NCBI RefSeq assembly: GCF_009914755.1 | Contig: NC_060929.1 | Origin: the human T2T-CHM13v2.0 reference genome, Homo sapiens | Reading direction: 5' to 3' (one strand) | Length of the DNA stretch: 64,000 nucleotides | In this document: piece by piece, positions 22,651 to 36,639 of the stretch | Position numbering within the stretch: the stretch's first letter is position 1 | Layout: every line of letters begins with the position of its first letter | Translations under genes and position numbers: made by a program | Notes under the pieces: model-generated | Seen by the model: only the letters and a program-made list of their open reading frames with translations | Databases searched by the model: none | What the model was told of the DNA's origin: nothing

Positions 22651-22727
22651 TTTGCTTAGGATCTGGCATGTACAATCGCAAAGGCAGTTTCTCCAAACAT
22701 CTCTGTCCGAAGAATCCATTTGGACAT
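22651..22727 (-). CDS. NRG2: NRG2 EGF alpha exon (CPNGFFGQRCLEKLPLRLYMPDPKQ)
   Basis: ttctccag|A TGT CCA ... CAA A|gtatgt; 77 nt, phase 2-1. Confidence 0.97.
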
Positions 22728-24861
22728 CTGGAGAAGGAAAAGGGGAAAAATCACAGAACAAACTGGCATCATCCGCGAGGCTAAGGTTAGAAATCAAAGT
22801 GCACAGTGATGAATGAGAAAAACCAAGTCAGGCACTTGGGGTCATACTTGTAGCTGAAGGGACTGGAGTCAGGGCTGGGTGGAGGGCTCTGAAATCTCCT
22901 TAAAAATCTGTCTCATAGATGTGGCTCCATGGGTGGTGGGGAAGGTGGGGTGGGTCAGGGGGAGGATGATTTAGGTAAGTGGGGTGAGGGAAGATGGGAA
23001 ATTGTCCTACTGGTCATTGAGACTTTCCTTCTTACCTGCCTGGTGCCCCATGAAGCAAGCACTGTGGCCTCTTGGTGCCAGGCAGTCAGTCAGCTGGCAG
23101 GGATCTGGGAGCCTTAAGGAATACCAAGTTCTTGGGAGCTACTCCTCCCAGGACCGACTGAAGGATTCTCTCCTGGGCCCTGGGCAGGTTTTCTCATCCA
23201 AGAAACAGCCCCCAGGAAACTCAGATAACTCGGGAATGCTGTTCCCAGACTGTGTATGTCTTTGACAAAAGTGACCTAAGAGATGTTTTATCTGTTCTTT
23301 CAAAGAGGGTTCTGTGGCCAAATCAATGTAGGAAATACATTCTCAGGGTGCCTTGTAGAGTTGCAGTGTACCTTCACCTATGAAAGACTATGAAAGTTTC
23401 ATAGGAGGAAATAGCTGAACTTTCCATGTAAGTTCTCAAATTTATTTGTGTTTCAAATTTACTTCACCATGGATGTTGTTTTTTGAGGAACCCTTGTGGT
23501 AGAACATGGTTTGGAATAGGCTGCCCCAGTGTGATGTACATGGGAAAAGCTTAGTAGGGAAATGGGAAGTTGGAGAGGAGCTGGAATTATCAGCATCCCA
23601 AAGTGGGCCTTCCTGATACCAGGTGCAGGGAATCTGGCCTCAGGTAGCAAGGACCACAAAAGGGATTGGAGCAGGCTCGCTGGGGGACCCTGGAAGCCTG
23701 GTCCACATCAAGGTCCTAGTGGCAGCCAGCCTGCGAAACTCTTCCATTTCCCCATGACCTGTTTCTCCATCACTGCCTGGACCTGCCCTGGATCTCATTC
23801 TCTGATCTTGCCTTGCTTACAGCTCTAAAGCACCCCCCACTCAATCTCCCTGACCTTGTCTCTACCCACAGGGTACACGTTCTTCTGCTCTCTGGCTGCC
23901 AGCCCTCTCCTCAAGCGAATCTCAGATTTCTTGCAGAAGTCTTGCAAATTTCTGGAGGACATGCCCAGCCCTGTACTCTCTTCTGAACCCCGGCAAGGCT
24001 GGATACCTAAGGAGAAGCTTACAGGGAGGGCTAGACCCCTTCCCCACATCTCCCTACTCAGAGATGGGTCTATATTGCCTCTGCATCTTCTTCCTTAGGA
24101 AATTAGCTAAGTTCATCACCAGTGTCCCCCTCAATAATAGGCTACTGTTCAAAATTAATCAATGTAAACTTCCTCAAGAGGCAAGTGTACTCTATTTCTT
24201 AGCATTGCAGTATATAGCAACTGTCAGGAAGCCACTTAGGCTTACAGTAAGTGGCAGCCATTGGTTGTGACAGATACTCATGAACACCCTGTGACCTCAA
24301 ATCTGGAGGAGTGGGGAATGGGAGTGGTAGTTGAGCAGAGGGCTAGAGTTTCTCTGGGCCTTGATGGCATCTCCCCCAGGGGAGGCAGGAGGTTTGTCCT
24401 GTAGTGGTAGGAGTGTGTGTGTGGGTATGCCTGGCTAATTGGGGGGTGGTGGAGGGCTGGGAAGTGTATCAGGGAAGTGGCATGGGTGGGAAGAGGGTAC
24501 ATGGTCGTCTTACTGAACAGGGTGGTTTGGAGGAGGAGACTGCCATCAGCCCCCTTGTCAACACATCCTTCTCTGATCCCTGGCCCTCGTCCCTATTCAT
24601 CCCAGCTCAGGTAAATGGAGGTAGTGGCTAAGGCTTCCCAACCAGCTCAAGCTCTTCTTCCTTAGCTCTTGGAAACTGATGTCCACTTGTGATGGGGACT
24701 AGAGAGGGAGAAGTGATTTTCAAACATAAGTGCCTTTGGGAGTGGAGGATGAAGACCCAGGAAGTTGCCAAATGACTCTTGGATTCCACAAAGGAACAAG
24801 AAAGAGACAGATGTGTCTGTGTCCAATGTCTGAGATCAGCCCAGCTCTTGGAGGAAGGGAA

Positions 24862-24864
<3 letters not shown>

Positions 24865-24945
<81 letters not shown>

Positions 24946-24959
24946 CAGAGAGAGAGAGA
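24865..24959. repeat. Compound (TG)n-tatgag-(TG)n-(GA)n microsatellite
   Basis: Direct reading. Confidence 0.95.
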
Positions 24960-27900
24960 AAATGGGGGAGTACAGGGGCAGGAGGGGCAAGGGGAAATTT
25001 ATTTCCATTGCTGACAAGCAGGGCTGCTGTCCCAAGACCCTTGGAGAACAATGATAACAATGATAACTCCATACATCCCTGTGGCCCTTATCTCACACCC
25101 AGCCTGGACTATCCTGACTACAGACTTACATCTTTCATGGCCGCTGAGTTGCACAACATTATGGTCCTAACCTTCCTTCCTTGAGAAAATGTGCTCCCCG
25201 CTGGCTGAACAAAACAAAAGGCACTGGGGAGGGGCACAGTGGGGGTGGTGGAAGGCTGACAGCTACTGCTGTTCTTTGGGGTGCTAGCTCCTTCAGGGAC
25301 CTCCTGGACACTCCTATGTCTCTCCTTAGTCCTGTTTGCTGAGGATGAGTCACATTCAGGAGACTGGGGCTTCCCTAGAGAAGGCTTTGGGGGTGAGCTG
25401 GGCCTATAGCCTCTCTAACCTGCACCTAATACCAGGGTAAGAGAGTATGGGGTACATTAGCCTATCAACCAGGTTGGGAGTCTGAACTCAGCATTGGGGG
25501 CTGGGTGGTGGTTGGTGGTTTCCACTGAAACTGGGATTGACCCTCTGATTTTCAGGGGGCACAGAGGACAGATTAGAAGGAGCAGCGGGTAACAGCCTTC
25601 CCAGCCTTTCCCACCAGGTCATCGGTTATGACTCTGGGGAAGGTCTGTCCCCAGGGCTGGAGAAGAGCAGGGTGAGAGAGGGGCAGAGAGGAGAGCCCAC
25701 GGGCTGCATCTGGGGTGACAGAGAGGTCAGGACCTCTGCCTTCCCCTTTTCCCACCCCACCTCCCGGGCCTCAGTTTCTCCTTTTGGTAGCCTGGGGATA
25801 ATGCCATGTGTGCTGCCCTCACCCGGGGGAGGGGGTGGATGAAGGATGGCGGTGTGCCCCGGGCACTGGAGGGAGTGAAGGGCCTCTGAGTTCATGAGAG
25901 GGGTGAAGATGTGGCGAGGATGAGCAGGCAGATGGAGGTGGGATGGGGAATCACCTGGACATGGGTGGGGTAGGGGCAGAGGGATGAGGGGGATGAGCTG
26001 ATGGGAAGGGGAGGCATGCCACTGGTATGTGCACAGGGCTGGAAAGAGTCTTGTTCTGTCATCATCCCCTGAACCAGTCCCCAAGAGTCACGCACCAACC
26101 GTGCTCTACAAACACACGGAGAGAAGAGGAGAAAGCAGCAAGAGGGAGTGCAGAGGCCCCTGTCTGGCCCAGACAGGGGACAGTCACCTTGATTTGGACT
26201 CCCATTTTCAAATCCCCCTACGTTGTCTTTTTTTAAAACAAAATTCAGTATCAGTGACACTGTTTCTTTTGGCACTGAATTCCAGAAAAACAGGAGGGAC
26301 GGAGTGTGCCTGCTTTCCAACACTCCCTGCAGGGCTCTGAACCAATACACAACAACAAGTGTAAGAAAACCAGGAAGGAAAACTGATTTTTATAGAAACT
26401 GGAATGAAACTGACCAGTGTAGTTTCATTATCCAAGCTAAGCGGAAATGCAAAAAAATCAAAATAAAAAGTAAACAAACAGCACAAATGGTAAGACGTGA
26501 GTTCCGTTTCCTAAGTTCTTTCCTTTTTATTCCATTCAGGTGTCATCAGGAACCCCAAGAGGCCTGCCCACCTTCCCTCCCAGCTCGTCCACCCGCAGAA
26601 TGGCCTCTGGGCTCTGCCCTGCCCCCCACCCCCCTGCCCTTCTCCAGCACAGCTCTGAGGACCTGGTGTTCTGACCGCATCTCCACCAGGGCTGCCCTCT
26701 CCCCCGAGGGCTGACAAAGGGTGTTGGGGAAGTTGGTTCCAGGAACCTTGGCTGGAACCAGGGGAGGCTGAGATGGGGAAGTGGTGGCTCTGGGTACCAA
26801 GTTCTAAGCAGTGCAGCCCAGGTGCCCTGGTGGGAAAGGGAACAGGGCACCATCTTCACAATGGCTCAGGCTCCTGCCTCTGCTCCTCTCAGATTTAGCT
26901 GGGCAGGACTCAGAGGTCCTAGGGGTGCAACCTTGCTGGCAGGGCCCTCCTGGAGCCCACATATCTCACCACTCCCTTGCCCACACCGAACTCTAGCACT
27001 GGAGCCCTGGCCCCCATGGCCCTCCTCAGCCCTGGCACCTGTCCTGAGGGGCCAGAACCTTCCCTGCCCGGACGAGGGCTGACTTCAGTGACAGTGCTGG
27101 ATCCCTTCAAAGTCTGGGGTCCAAGGGGCTAGGGAAGAGGAGAGACCTACCTAGTGTGTATGTCACAGGGAGGAGGAGGGTGCAGGAGACAAGGAAATGG
27201 GGATGCAGGGCTGGGTCATCCCTGTGAGGTATTCCAGGACCCTGATGAATTTCTAGTAGATCTGTTCCAAAGAACTCTGAGCAAGTTTCACAGCTAGAAT
27301 GTTCCCTAGGGTCTGTCATACTAACATGGCAGCCTCCTAGAGGCAGGAGGCGGGGAAGGATGAGGGGCTGAGTTTGGGTTGAGAACTTCCCTAGAGGGCC
27401 TGTTGTTGCTACTGGGACTCTCCTCTAAGGTTCAGGGAGGGGGAGAAGGAGGTGGCAGCAGGGGCAGGGTGGGGCCAGGGAGGAAGCCAGCTGAGGAGGC
27501 CAGCCGGGGCAAGAGCCCCTCGTTACCATGTTGTTAGGTGGAGGGGTCTTGAAAAGTCCTGGCCTTCTCAGACCAGGCTCACATTCCCGGGCAAGGGTGT
27601 GCCCAGGAAGGGGGCTGTGGATCTAGAGCGGGAGATCAGAGGCAGGGGAGCTGAGAAGTGTTGAGTCTGACCTTGCCTGGGGGAAGGTCAAACATCTCTC
27701 TCTGAATCCCCATCAATGTTTTGGTGGCCTTTGCCCAGATGCCATGGGAATGGGGCAGCTTTAGCAACTTGCCAGGGCTCTAGGCTTGGGCTGCTTTGAA
27801 ACACTGAAGTTATTAACTAGGCCCCCCTCCCACTCCTCTCCTAGATCTGTCTGGAGCCTATGCTGCCCTCACCAAGCTCCCCTCCCCTCCTCACACACTC

Positions 27901-28828
27901 ACCAGAGAATCTGTCCAGGGGGCACTGTAGGCCCAGCTGCCCAGAAGATCTGGCTGGGCCTGAACGAGCCCTCCCTGACAGCCTCTCTCCCACCTGCCTT
28001 GTTTGCTATGGGGAGTGGGTGGTTCTGAGCTCCTTGGAGTTCCTGCTGGGGCCACCCTGCCTGGCTGGTGAGCAGGCTCTGGCCCCTGGGGAGGCTGAGA
28101 GGCCCCAGCCTGAGCCTCTCCTCCACCCTGACCTCCCCCATTGGGCCATACCTAGAGTAGTGTCCTTGCTGGTATCCCCTCATCCCATGGAGTGGGGGCT
28201 AGGGGCTGAAGGGACACAGGCAGCACCCAGGGATGGCATCTTTGTACAATGGGGTCCTGTAGGGCAGAAGGGCAGCCAGATCCTGAGGTCAGTACTGGGT
28301 TCTGGGCAGACCCCTCTTCTCCCCTCAAGACTACAGGAGCAAAGGGCTCTGGAACCTGTGCTCTGCCTGGCCCTGCCAGGCTCCTCGCTATTGGGGAAGA
28401 TGCAGCCTGGGAAATGTTCATTAAGAACAAAGTTTGGAGAGTTGCTGAGAGATGGGGAGGAAAAGAGGGGGGGAAAGAGAGACTGAGGGAGGCAGAGAGA
28501 GAGAGAAAGAGAAACCCAGTGCCCAGTGCCTAGGGCATAGACTAGCATCCCCATCTCCCTAAAGGGTGTTGGTGAAAGGGTAGACATCAGGAGATGGGGT
28601 GGGTAGGGGCCTGGGAAATGGGGACTGCACAAGCCCCTGTGCCCCTTAGAGCTTATATCTCCTTATATTCCAGGAAAGGGCTAGGAAGTAGGGCAAAGCT
28701 TCCTGTCTACACCCCTTGGGGACCTCTTGTCAGTGGCTTGGAACCCTCTTTTCCTAGAGCCCTCCACTTCTGACCCAGCATCTCCTACCCTGTTCTTGCT
28801 CCCATGCCCACCCCTACTGGTCACTTAC

Positions 28829-28949
28829 TTGCAGGAGAGCTGGTTGATGCCCTCGATGTAGTAGCAGACGCCTCCATTGACGCAATAGGACTTGGCTGTC
28901 TCGTTGCACTTCCGGGCGTGCCCCGACCAGGATGACAGGGTGGTGCTCA
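28829..28949 (-). CDS. NRG2: NRG2 common EGF exon ((V)STTLSSWSGHARKCNETAKSYCVNGGVCYYIEGINQLSC(K))
   Basis: ccctcag|TG ... AA|gtaagt; 121 nt, phase 1-2; EGF cysteines 1-4. Confidence 0.98.
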
Positions 28950-31399
28950 CTGAGGGTATGAGAGACATGTGCCAGTGACGCACTGAGACTATCCCTAGGC
29001 CCCAGGAATCATCTCCTTCATGCCCCACGTCAAAACTGGAAGATGACCAGAGGCTGCAGGAATGACTGGGGAGGGGAGGTCTGGTGGTCCCTTCTAGTCA
29101 CAAATAAGGCAAAGGAGAGGCCACCATGAGCTCTGCCCGTTTACCCAGTGCAACCTTGCACCCAAGCTCTAGGCAAACTTCCAAAGGCCAGGAAGATTTT
29201 CATTCTTTTGTGGGGGGAGCAGGGTGAGAAGACAGCAGGAACTGCTTCCTCTGCTGAATAAGGGCCCACCTCTCCCCTTCCCTGCCTGGCTTTCCGGGGG
29301 CTCCCCTGCAAGTGGTTGAAATGCTGATGTCTCATGTGGGGAACAAACGCAGGAGGCGGTGCAGGAAAGAGACACCTACACCCGCCTGCATGGCTTGGGC
29401 TCTCATGGTGGACCAGGGAGTGGCTGGAAGGGAGCTGGGCCTTCAGGGGATGGCACCTTTAGGACACGGTCATTTTCTAAGATCTGGAGAGATGTTGGGG
29501 GTAGGAGGAACCCTAGCTTCTGCTCTCTTCCCCCATTCTCCAAGGTCTGGGCTAGCTCCAGGAATGCTTCAAAGGCTACTATGCCCCATCTCCATAAGCA
29601 TCTGGGGTCTTCTCCATATCTCCCCACCCCAGACAGCCCCCTCCTCCCTGACCTTATCAGCTGTTGCCCCTAGAGGGAGCCTCCAGGTCTCGGACAGCCC
29701 CAGCCATAAATCACGGGTTTCAAGTTGTTGGGGAGGAGACAGGGCCAGGGAAAGGGAAGGGGGCAGCTGGGGTGCAAAACTGGGGGAGAGCAAGGCTGGG
29801 CCTTAAGGCTTCTAGCACAGACTGCACGTCCGATTGACTGGACTCATTTGAGAAATGAACATCACTGAAGCTCTGCTCCTCATCAGGGAATGGCATCCAG
29901 AAAGCTAGCTTCAAGTGAACATTCTCGCCCCAAACATCAGTTTTAGATAATGCCCCATCCAATCCGGACTGGACAGCCAGAAGCAGGTCCTGCTCCCCTC
30001 AGCTCCCAGGGCCTCTGAGGGCCTCTCGTTCCCACCCAGCCCAGCAGTGGCCTCCTGAATGAGGTGGCCCAAGCTACCCCAGCTGGCCCTGTCTCCTCAG
30101 GGGTACTGGGTCTCTCCACTCCCCTCAGTAATAGGGGTGGAAGTGAGAGGAGGAGGAGGAGGGCAGGCAGTCGGCACCCTCAGTGTTTAGACATGTGGGG
30201 AGACGGATGGAGCACAGGGGGCTGGGAGTGTATACACAGCTCTGCTTCTGTATATGTCTGAGGAGCATGCTGATAAAATCCAGCGGGCAGGGCCGGCTTC
30301 ACCATCCCCTCCACATCATGCCTGCTGCTGAGCTGGCATCCCGGAGCCCCACCCCTGCTGAGGTCTCCCTCCTCGGCTCAACCCCAGACCCAGCTGGAAC
30401 CCACGTGCTGGCTGGAACTAGAGACCTCCTGCTGATCTTTGCCCCACTTCTGGGTCAGTGAGACCCAGGGAACTAAGAAAGGGACAGAGAAGAGAAGCAG
30501 CTGAGGTACCACGCCTGCCACTTGTAAAATCCCCTTGCTGGGAGAACCCTCGAGGTTGTCCTGCCCTTCATTTACATCACACAGGAGAGTGGAGAGAGAG
30601 AAGGCAGCGAAGTGTCTGGCCAGAGTGCAGTGTGTGTTGCAACAGAGCCTCAGGGCTCCTAGCCCCTGGCTGTACATCCTCCCCATCAGCACCCAGGCTT
30701 GACAAAAGCAGACGAATGCAAGCGCAGTGAGGACTGCAGGCCTGGGCCCTCCTGTGGGTGTTGGCTAAGCCAGAGAAATCTCAGCCTGGATCTGCCAGGC
30801 CCAGCCTGGTGTCCTCTGCAGTTGCGGGTGGCACAGACTGCCCACTGCTGTGCCCATTGTTTCACCCCAGTCGAGTGAGCAGTGGACAGCAGGGAGGATG
30901 CTGGGTTGGCCGGGGCCACAGTTGCACACTTGGGCTTCTCACATATATGTCTGTGCTCATCGAGGCTTTGGGAGGCTAAGGACAACTCCTGAGGAAAGAT
31001 GGGGCCTCCCCAGCCGAATGCATTGAGCCTGCGCTGCCAGTATCATGTTGTCATGGGGACGAGGCTGGGACCCCGGGAAGGTAAAAAGGGAAGACATTTG
31101 GGGAGCCAGTCACAGAGGGTGTGGGGAAAGAGTGACCACGGGTGTTTCCATCTCAGAAAGGCCACTCCTCTGTAATGGCAGGGCCTTCCCAAGATACTGC
31201 AGCCCAACTCTGCCAGTGGCAAAGCCATACTCCAGGGAGATTTCCACACGGAAGAGCTGCGCTCACGCTGTAGCGCAGTTACACTGTTCTAGCACGCGTG
31301 GGCTCCTGAGGCAACGTGTCTATACACCCCTGTCAGCGTATCCATATCTCTCACTATGGTTGCCCGTGTTTGGAGAAGTGAAGGTGACGTGGACTCTCC

Positions 31400-32575
<1,176 letters not shown>

Positions 32576-32709
32576 AAATAAATATCTTATTCTTTGGGGG
32601 AAAAAAGTGCCCTGTGCTACCATCCCAGGGACTAGTCTGGTATCCTTGGCTGATAATATCATCTTTTTGGTAGATTAAAGGACTGTCTCCTTTAAATGCA
32701 AACATTCCA

Positions 32710-33620
32710 AAAAGGTCATTAGGGGAATGAAAATCAAAGCCACAATGAGACCAAGCCAATGGCTGGCTCACCCCCGTAATCCTAGCACTTTTGGGAGACC
32801 AAGGCAGGAAGATCACTTGAGACCAGGAGTTCAAGACCAGCCTGGGCAATGTAGCAAGACCCCATCTCTATAAAACATACACATACGCACACACTCTGAG
32901 ATACCACTTTCACTAGGATGGCCAGAATCAAAAAGAAGGATAATAACATGTGGTGGTGAGGATGTGGAGAAATTGGAAGCCGTATGCATTGCTGGTGGGA
33001 ATGTAAAATAGTGTAGCTGCTTTGGAAAGCAGTCTGGGAGTTCCTTTAAAAATTAAATATGGTCATGATGTGCTCCAGAAATTCCACTCCTAGGTGTATC
33101 CCCAAGAGATTGAAAACCTATGCTCACACAAAAACTTGTGCCCAGATGTCCACAGCAGCATTATTAATAACAGCCAAAATGTGGAAACAATCCAAATGAC
33201 CCAAGAATCCAAATGACCCAAGAATCCAAACTTATGAGTGGATAAATAAAATGTGGTATGTCTATACAGTGAAATAGTATTTAGCCATAAAAAGGAATGG
33301 AGTACTGATCCATGCTACAACACGGATGAACCTTGAAAACATTATGTTAAGTATAAGAAGACAGTCACAAAAGGCCACATATTGTATGATTCTATTTGTA
33401 TGAAATGTCCAGAATTAGTGGTTGCCGGGGCTGGAGAGGGGGAGAAATGGGAGTGGCTGCTAAAGGGCATGGGGTTTCTTTTTGGGGTGACAAAAATGTC
33501 CTAAAATTAGTGGTGATAGTTATATAACCTTGTGAATATACTAAAAACCACTGAATTGTATACTTTAAAAGGGTGAATTTTATGGTATATAAATTATATC
33601 TCAAAAATTAATTTAAAAAA
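32710..33620 (+). mobile_element. L1 3' fragment (L1MB/L1MC-type) containing a FLAM/half-Alu
   Basis: L1 ORF2-end and 3' UTR motifs (gaggatgtggagaaattggaa, gccataaaaaggaatg, atgaaccttgaaaacattatg). Internal 17-bp tandem duplication aatccaaatgacccaag at about 33189-33230. Confidence 0.85.
32750..32875 (+). mobile_element. FLAM / monomeric Alu
   Basis: ggctcacccccgtaatcctagcactt...ggagttcaagaccagcctgggcaa...ccccatctctataaaa; only one monomer. Confidence 0.85.
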
Positions 33621-34031
33621 GCACCCGGGAGGAGTAAGCCCAGGAAGTTTTGATGAACCGTTAGTGTCTTGGTGTGAGTTTATCAGGGCCCCTGAAGAGT
33701 GACAGTGGCGGGGTGGGAGCCGCTGCTGTGGAGCTGCGTCCCCGACTGCCCACAAGTGCAGCTGCTTTTCACCTTTGCTCATGGAGAAAACTTCTGCTTG
33801 TCCTTCAAGACTCAGGTCGAGTGCTCCTTTATCCATCGAGGCCCCTTTCCCTTTGATAAATTGCCTACCTTCCTCTCAGTTTGTTAGAAAAGGCAGACCT
33901 TTTAGAGTTCGGGTTTTAGTTTCCTGCCATTTGAGGGACTTTCTTGGGGGCCAAGACTGCGACTTCCCAGAGCTCAGAGCAAGATCTTGTTGAATAAGCG
34001 CTTCTGAATGCGTGACTGACATGAATGTGCA

Positions 34032-34033
<2 letters not shown>

Positions 34034-34070
<37 letters not shown>
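34034..34070. repeat. (TG)18 microsatellite
   Basis: Direct reading. Confidence 0.95.
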
Positions 34071-34072
<2 letters not shown>

Positions 34073-35399
34073 AAACAGCCAGCTTTTGCAAGACTCCAGG
34101 TAAGAGACTGGCCCAGAGGCCTCTCCAGGGCTTCCATGGTCCTATGACACCCCAGGTCAAACCTGCCTGTCCTCTGGGGCAAAGCCTGACATCAGGGGCT
34201 GGTACAGCCACCTCAGGACATTCCCAAACTCCCTTTCACCTGGGATGAGACATCTGTTTCTCTAACTCAGAAGTGGGTTGGACCAAGCTATTGTGTTAGC
34301 ACCGCAAACTTCCTGCCGACTCCTCCTGCCCGCCAGTTCAGGAAGGCAGGAGCCTCTTGTGAGCTGGCAGAGCTCTGACTATAAGGAAGGCCTACTCTAA
34401 TTTGTGGAAGGAGCCCTGGGCTCCACCTGAACAGAGCAGTAGCCACTCAAGAGCCAAAGTGATGCCACCCGAGCAGCCTGCTGCTCCCCAATGACCTCCC
34501 TGTACCCTCTTCTAGCTGCCCTATCCCTGTAGCCCTGGTTTCCCTTCGGCCTGGGCGGGCCAAACCAACCCACCTTGGGATGAGTCAGAGGGGGCAGACC
34601 ACAGGGTGTGGTTGCTGCAGGTCTCATGGGTTCTGTGGATAAACAAGGAGCCTGGGCATCTCTGCCTGGGAAAACATCCCCAGCAGGGGCCTCCTGGTCC
34701 CCAGCAGTGGCCCTGTTCACCTGTTCAAGGGTAGGCTCTTGCCTGCCATGGACTGCACATGGTAGCAGAAGTGGTGTGGTATGTGTTTGTGTGTGTGCGT
34801 ACTGGTTAGGTGCACAGGATGTCAGCCTCAGCATCAAACTCAGAATCCCCGAATTTTAGAGGGAAGGGGGCTTAAAGATCATCTAGTTCAGCCCCACAAC
34901 GGGAAAACCAAAGACTGGTGGGGTGAAGTGACTTACTCAGGGTTGCATGATGTAAAGCTTGGACGAGACCAAATCTCCAAACTCTTTCCCCTGCTCTGCC
35001 CTGCCGCTGCCCTGGAGGGTCAAGAGGCAAGAAGGCTGCAGGAAGCTGGGATTCCAGATATGCCCTCAGTGCCCTGCCCAAAGGTGCCACGGTCTGGTTC
35101 CTAAACTGATCACAGCATGGCCTACGGAGGGCTGACAGTAATCCGTGTGTGGGAGGGGACTGCAGCTTATCTGAGGGGTCTCACCACCTCTGGCCACAGG
35201 CCCCAAGCCCTGTGCAAGAGAGAGGGCACTCCTGTGGTTTTCTGCACAGCAGCCGCTCCCACTTTCTCTGCTAACAGCACCCCTTCGGGGAAGTGCTTTT
35301 CCATGGAGTTCTGACCAGGCCTTCACTCACAGTGCCCTGCCTCTCAGTAGCCCCTGTGCACACACAGACAGGCCAGGCAAAGATGGCCCCACCCTCCAA

Positions 35400-35800
35400 G
35401 CACAGTGACTGGTCAAGTGGGTCACATGACCTGGCAGGGTCATTCAGAATCCATCCTTGTGACTGTACTTATGGACACAGAGACAAAGCCATCTCTTTTC
35501 TCCGGGTGGTGGGCTGGGATGGGGTAGATCTGGACCTGTCTGAGACCATGGCCTCCTCTTCCCACCCCACTCCCCAAACATGAGAGAGGCCCATTTTACA
35601 GTAGGAAAGAATGAGGCCAACACATAGTGAGAGAAACTGTCTTGAGCCATCCTATGAGTTCTTGGACTCTTCCTCTGAGTTCTTAGATTCTGTCATGCCT
35701 GGGGCCAGTTCCACCTCTGAACTTACCAGTTTTATAAGCCAATAAATAAATCCCTTAAGATAGGCTTAAGTTAATTCTAGTCAAGAAAGTCTTGACTAAT
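35400..35800 (+). mobile_element. MaLR LTR fragment (MLT1-type)
   Basis: MLT1-like motifs (gggtcacatgacc; ccagttttataagccaataaataaatccctt...gcttaag); boundaries approximate. Confidence 0.55.
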
Positions 35801-36639
35801 AAAATAGGAAGGCCCCAAATCCAAAGTGGATCTGAGAATGTCTGACCACTACAGCAGAGGTGGCAGGTGCTAGACCCCAGACACAGCCCACCTTCCCAAA
35901 CTTGGGATAGGATGAGAGAAGTAGGAGCTCAGACACCCTCCCTGCTGTCATGCCCAGGCTGGGCCATAGAGGAGGCAGTAAAGACCTTGGAGCAGGTTAT
36001 AAGTTCTCTTATATAATATTTACCAGGCACCCACTGTGAGCCAGGTGCTGTGCTAGACCCTGAGGCTAGGGTGGTAGACAGACTAGACATAGCCCCACAG
36101 AGCTCAAAGACTAAGTGTTTGCCAACTACTTTTACATCGTACAGCTCTATCATTAACTAGGTGTTTGACTTCAGGTGAAATATTTAATCTCCCTGAGCTT
36201 CTTATTGTTTATAAAATATATCCTGGCTTTGAGTATGGGTTCATGGGATAATGTGGAGCTTGGCTCAATAAATACTGGCTATGATTGTAACTTCCAGGAG
36301 AAAGCATCCTCCCTGTTCTCCCCTCTCCTGAGGCTCACAGATTCACTGGGATGGCCACGCCCACAGAGAAAGTTCAGCAATAGCATGAGAGTTGAAGGCT
36401 AATCAAAGGCTAGAATTCAAGAGATGCCATCAGAGCATGGTTGGCCAAGGAGTGGCCCAGGAGTGGAGCCCTAGCTGGGAGAGACGCTGCAGTGGGTTGG
36501 GATGGTCAAGGAGGAAGAGATGAAGCCATGGCCTCCTCTTCCCACCCCACTCTCCGAACATGGGAGAGGCCCATTTTACAGTAGGAAAGAATGAGGCCAA
36601 CACATAGTGAGAGAAACTGTCTTGACCCATCCTATGAGT
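35546..36639 (+). repeat. 114-bp direct duplication (35546-35659 and 36526-36639)
   Basis: Two ungapped copies 980 bp apart with 4 mismatches. Confidence 0.95.

Noticed and set aside
24628-25184. HT/CV-repeat ORFs
   Set aside because: Translations of the TG microsatellite.
27860-28632. 208-aa and 150-aa intronic ORFs
   Set aside because: No domain signal; typical chance ORFs in GC-rich intron.
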